Source: Deltaproteobacteria bacterium TL4
GTDB lineage: Bacteria; SAR324; NAC60-12
Reading direction: 5' to 3'
DNA: 20,035 nt
Assembly: GCA_051382335.1 (NCBI GenBank)
Contig: JBBCAX010000324.1
Span: forward strand, 1-20,035
In this document: in pieces, positions 16,959-20,035 of the stretch
Layout: the number at the start of each line of letters is the position of its first letter
How positions within the stretch are numbered: position 1 is the stretch's first letter
Made by a program: the position numbers and the translations under genes
The notes under the pieces: generated by a model
What the model was told of the DNA's origin: nothing
The model's database searches: none
Seen by the model: the letters and a program-made list of their open reading frames with translations, nothing else

Positions 16959-17082
16959 GGCTACTCACTTAAGCGGGACATTGGTAGGCGGGGATTACAT
17001 GCCCCGCTTTTCTGATCGTTGAGGTTGCCGGACACGTAGTTCCGGCCTACCATCGGGGTGTCCCGGGCTTAAGTGAGTAGCC
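16959..17082. mobile_element. 124-bp MITE (GGCTACT...GGGACA ends, 8-bp TSD, IS1595-like) carrying a GTAG REP-like doublet
   Basis: Perfect 16-bp IR ggctactcacttaagc (16959-16974 and 17067-17082), followed by gggaca/tgtccc. TSD CTACAAGG at 16951-16958 and 17083-17090. Confidence 0.88.
16983..17051. repeat. REP-like doublet inside the MITE
   Basis: ggtaggcggggattacatgccccgc and (rc) ggtaggccggaactacgtgtccggc. Confidence 0.8.
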
Positions 17083-17113
17083 CTACAAGGGATGTTCAAG
17101 AAGAAACAAATTA

Positions 17114-18115
17114 ATGAAGAGGTTCTTTTTGAGAGTTGCTTTGATATTAAAAAAGCTGGTTGGGTTAGGAATTTTGATGGCGGCTTCTTCCGCTTTGGGC
17201 GGGACCCTGGTCATGCCCTCTCAATTTTTGCTCCATCGTCCACTCAATCCCGCGCTAAACTCCCGCTTGGAGACGGTAGGTCTTGCCTATGGAGAATGGG
17301 GAGGAAATCGCAATCTTTTCAATAAATCCCCGGGAAATTGTTTGCTCCGGGGGTATGATACGTGTGAGCAATCCAGTAATTACGGGTTGCTTCAGTTAGG
17401 CGGGGAAACCCATGTTTTGGTTGCGGAATCTTTAAGAGAATTAAGGTTAGAAGAGGTGGCGTATCAAAGTTACTCTATTGAATTGGAGCAGTTTGAACGA
17501 GATGTTCTCTATGCTTACACGTTTAAAGGGGATTTCATGAAATTTGGGTTTCAACGTCATGAAACTGAGTCGCGCTTAATCGAGCACTACCAGGATGCCT
17601 TAGTGGAAACCAATCGGCGTTTGGATCAGCAACACCTCAGTTATGGTGCCGGCCTGACCCTGGAGTTCGGTGATTCCTTTTCCCTGGCATACTATCATAA
17701 CGAAACCATTCATGAGAGTAATGATGTCCAGGACGGGCAATTACGACGGGTTGCTCCCAATATGGATGGCGGTGGTTTTGGCTTCCGTGTGGATATGGGC
17801 GGCAGTCGGGAACGTCCGGATGAGCTGATTTTAGAAGCATTTGTCTTGAATACTTTTTCCCCTGAGGACGAGGACGCCTCTTTAAGCGGAATCGATTTTG
17901 AAATTTCAATCAACTCCTTTGTCTTTTATGCTTTGATCCTCAATGATAATAACAACAACTATTTTGTCGGTGAATTGTCTCAAGACTATTCTGGCAGTTA
18001 TGCCGCCGGTTTTGGATGGAATGGAGAAACCCTACAAATCCTGATAGGCCGGGATACCCGTTATTTTGTCGGTGTTGACGGAGGCTTAATGGGGATTGTG
18101 AGCCTGCAATTTTAA
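17114..18115 (+). CDS. Hypothetical exported protein, possibly an outer-membrane beta-barrel
   Basis: Signal-like N-terminus, alternating strands (YGAGLTLEF, GFGFRVD, AAGFGWNG) and C-terminal Phe (GIVSLQF). Confidence 0.7.
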   Translation: MKRFFLRVALILKKLVGLGILMAASSALGGTLVMPSQFLLHRPLNPALNSRLETVGLAYGEWGGNRNLFNKSPGNCLLRGYDTCEQSSNYGLLQLGGETHVLVAESLRELRLEEVAYQSYSIELEQFERDVLYAYTFKGDFMKFGFQRHETESRLIEHYQDALVETNRRLDQQHLSYGAGLTLEFGDSFSLAYYHNETIHESNDVQDGQLRRVAPNMDGGGFGFRVDMGGSRERPDELILEAFVLNTFSPEDEDASLSGIDFEISINSFVFYALILNDNNNNYFVGELSQDYSGSYAAGFGWNGETLQILIGRDTRYFVGVDGGLMGIVSLQF

Positions 18116-18128
18116 CGACAAAGGATCT

Positions 18129-18662
18129 ATGTGTGGAAAAACCTTAAGCCAAGTTCTGTTTGTCAGTTGGGTCCTCTTTTTAACGCTCGGACCCACCTCT
18201 TCATGGGCTTTACCGCTCAAAACAACCATCCTTGATTCAGAAAAACAAGTGCTTGCCAGAGCCTGGGTTTATATTGATTATGTTGAGATTTTGGAGGTGA
18301 ACTCAAAGTTACTGGGAAAGGTGGGGATTGTTAATCTTGAAGGGCGACTCCAGTTGTTTTTAGTCCGGGAAAATCAAGAAAACCAACTGGTTGGATGGGC
18401 CGCAGAACGGAAGCTCTATAATAACCGGGATGAGTTGATCGGATATTTTGATTGGACGACCTTTTGGGTCTACGCCTATTCACGTACCGGAAAAAAACTG
18501 GGTCAGGCTAAATGCATCGCGTTTCGTGGGATCTGTGCCACAGGGGTTGCCGGCTATTTAACAGGACTCTTCACTGATTCCCTCCCTCCTTCCGTCAGTC
18601 CTGCAACACCGGAACAAGCTCTTCAGCCTAAAGTGGGAGCTGGCGGCTTAACCGCTCAATAA
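18129..18662 (+). CDS. Hypothetical exported protein
   Basis: AAGGA RBS, signal peptide ending SSWA, repeated beta-hairpin-like (Y/D..G..LG) motifs. Confidence 0.7.
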   Translation: MCGKTLSQVLFVSWVLFLTLGPTSSWALPLKTTILDSEKQVLARAWVYIDYVEILEVNSKLLGKVGIVNLEGRLQLFLVRENQENQLVGWAAERKLYNNRDELIGYFDWTTFWVYAYSRTGKKLGQAKCIAFRGICATGVAGYLTGLFTDSLPPSVSPATPEQALQPKVGAGGLTAQ

Positions 18663-18673
18663 TTCCCGGGACG

Positions 18674-19726
18674 TTAAATTTTTCTCCGATAAAAAAGCCC
18701 CAGGGCCAGCAGAAAAAACAAGAAGTTGGTGAGTGTGGTGGCACAAAAAGGCTCAAGGACTCCTGCCGAACCCAAGGCTAGTAAAATTTGGTTCATAATC
18801 CAAAATAAAATACCAATCAAGCAGCTAATGGCTATCGATTCTGATGCGCTTCCCATGCGGCCATGGGTTGCGGAAAGCGCGACTCCGATCAAGACCATAA
18901 TGAAGATGGTGACAGGATAAGTCAGCTTTTGATAAAACTCGACCCAATGTTTCGTCACATCATGCCCTTCCAGTTGCAGTTTTTGAATACTTTGGTACAA
19001 CGCCAGCAGCGGTTGATGGTGTGGAGAGGCGGGTTCATTAAAAGCGACTGCCGGTAATAGTTTTGAACGGACACTCCATTGAGACTGCTCGTTCAGGCTC
19101 AGTTGGTCCTTGGTAAAAACGCGATTTAATATTTGCTGGAAGGTCCAATCCTCCTGATGGTGAACTCCTTTGCCAATCACGGTCTGCTTGACAATCCGGT
19201 AGGGCGCGGATTCCCATTGAAAAATGGCGACGGATTCAACACTTTCATCCATGTTCCGCCTCCCGAAATAGTATATTTTTTGGTCCGCCCCGACTTTCCA
19301 TAAAGGAGGCAGGGATACGGTTTGTGTTTCTTCGTTCCAACGGTAATTCATCCAATTGAATAAATAATGCTGTACAACATAACTAAAAATGGCAATAAAA
19401 AGAGTAACACACAGAACAGGAAATGTCAGTTGCCGGAACCCCATCCCTGCCGCTCTCATGGCAACGATTTCAGAAGTACGACTTAACACGCTGTACGTGG
19501 CAATGGTCGCTAAAAGGACGGTCATGGGGATGGTTAATTCAAAAAGGGTGGGTAACAACAATGCGGTTTCTTTTAAATATATTTTAAAGTGATTCCAATC
19601 TTGCAGCGCGCCACTGAGCTGCTCAAACAAGTTCCCAACGAGTGTGATTAAGGTGAACGCTACCAGAATAAGAATAAAAAATTTGCCAAATTCGGAAGCA
19701 ATGTATTTTGAGAGAATTTTGAACAT
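18674..19726 (-). CDS. LPS export ABC transporter permease LptF/LptG family
   Basis: ILSKYI, LSRTSEIVAMRAAG, 3+3 TM layout with a periplasmic domain, and KLTYP. Confidence 0.9.
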   Translation of the reverse strand: MFKILSKYIASEFGKFFILILVAFTLITLVGNLFEQLSGALQDWNHFKIYLKETALLLPTLFELTIPMTVLLATIATYSVLSRTSEIVAMRAAGMGFRQLTFPVLCVTLFIAIFSYVVQHYLFNWMNYRWNEETQTVSLPPLWKVGADQKIYYFGRRNMDESVESVAIFQWESAPYRIVKQTVIGKGVHHQEDWTFQQILNRVFTKDQLSLNEQSQWSVRSKLLPAVAFNEPASPHHQPLLALYQSIQKLQLEGHDVTKHWVEFYQKLTYPVTIFIMVLIGVALSATHGRMGSASESIAISCLIGILFWIMNQILLALGSAGVLEPFCATTLTNFLFFLLALGLFYRRKI

Positions 19727-19972
19727 AGTCTACGGGGTTGAGTGTTGAAAAGATAGAGTTCACAATACTCTTTTCTCGAAAGGGTTTCAAGCGTTGTCTC
19801 AAGAGTTGTTAGCTTTTTGTGGCAAGTTTCATTTTCCATCTAACCTGCTTCGTAGCCTTTCCTCTGCGGTTCCAGCCGTTGCTGCTTTGAAATTCCGCTT
19901 GCTCTTCATCCAGTTTCTTGTCAGAATGGAATAAAACACCTGCTTAAAAAAACGCTTGTCTGAAAAGGGTTT

Positions 19973-20035
19973 ATGACCGATCAAGAACTCAAAGAACTGG
20001 TTGCCAGCTTGGCAATCGCCCAAAAAGAAACCGAC
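19973..20035 (+). CDS. Partial CDS, N-terminus resembling DUF3782-type coiled-coil proteins
   Basis: MTDQELKELVASLAIAQKETD runs off the window end. AAGGG RBS. Confidence 0.55.
   Translation, partial: MTDQELKELVASLAIAQKETD

Noticed and set aside
5476..20023. Numerous 60-130 aa ORFs overlapping the called genes or antisense to them (including 19829-20023)
   Set aside because: Shadow ORFs with no motifs, overlapping well-supported CDSs.

Overview
Bacterial chromosomal window. The gene style suggests a deltaproteobacterium such as SAR324, but this is inference only. Housekeeping and envelope genes are hisC, a flippase, pspA, rpoN, lptB, an FmdB zinc-ribbon protein, a YbfF-like esterase, a single-domain response regulator, a UDP-glucuronate epimerase-like SDR, a HAD hydrolase, miaA and an LptF/G permease, plus several hypotheticals. 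The most unusual part is non-coding. Positions 2869-4310 hold nested mobile-element remnants: an IS607 tnpA pseudogene, IS630-like and ISL3-like transposase stubs, and a ~90-bp repeat in two copies, each interrupted at a different position. Several 100-320 bp non-autonomous elements share one design: IS-type terminal inverted repeats and a target-site duplication enclosing a palindromic cargo (REP-like doublet, 9-bp triad palindrome or heptamer palindrome). Two such elements 13 kb apart (3991-4141 and 16959-17082) have related GGCTACT...GGGACA ends and 8-bp TSDs but carry different REP doublets. No CRISPR array, rRNA or tRNA was seen.
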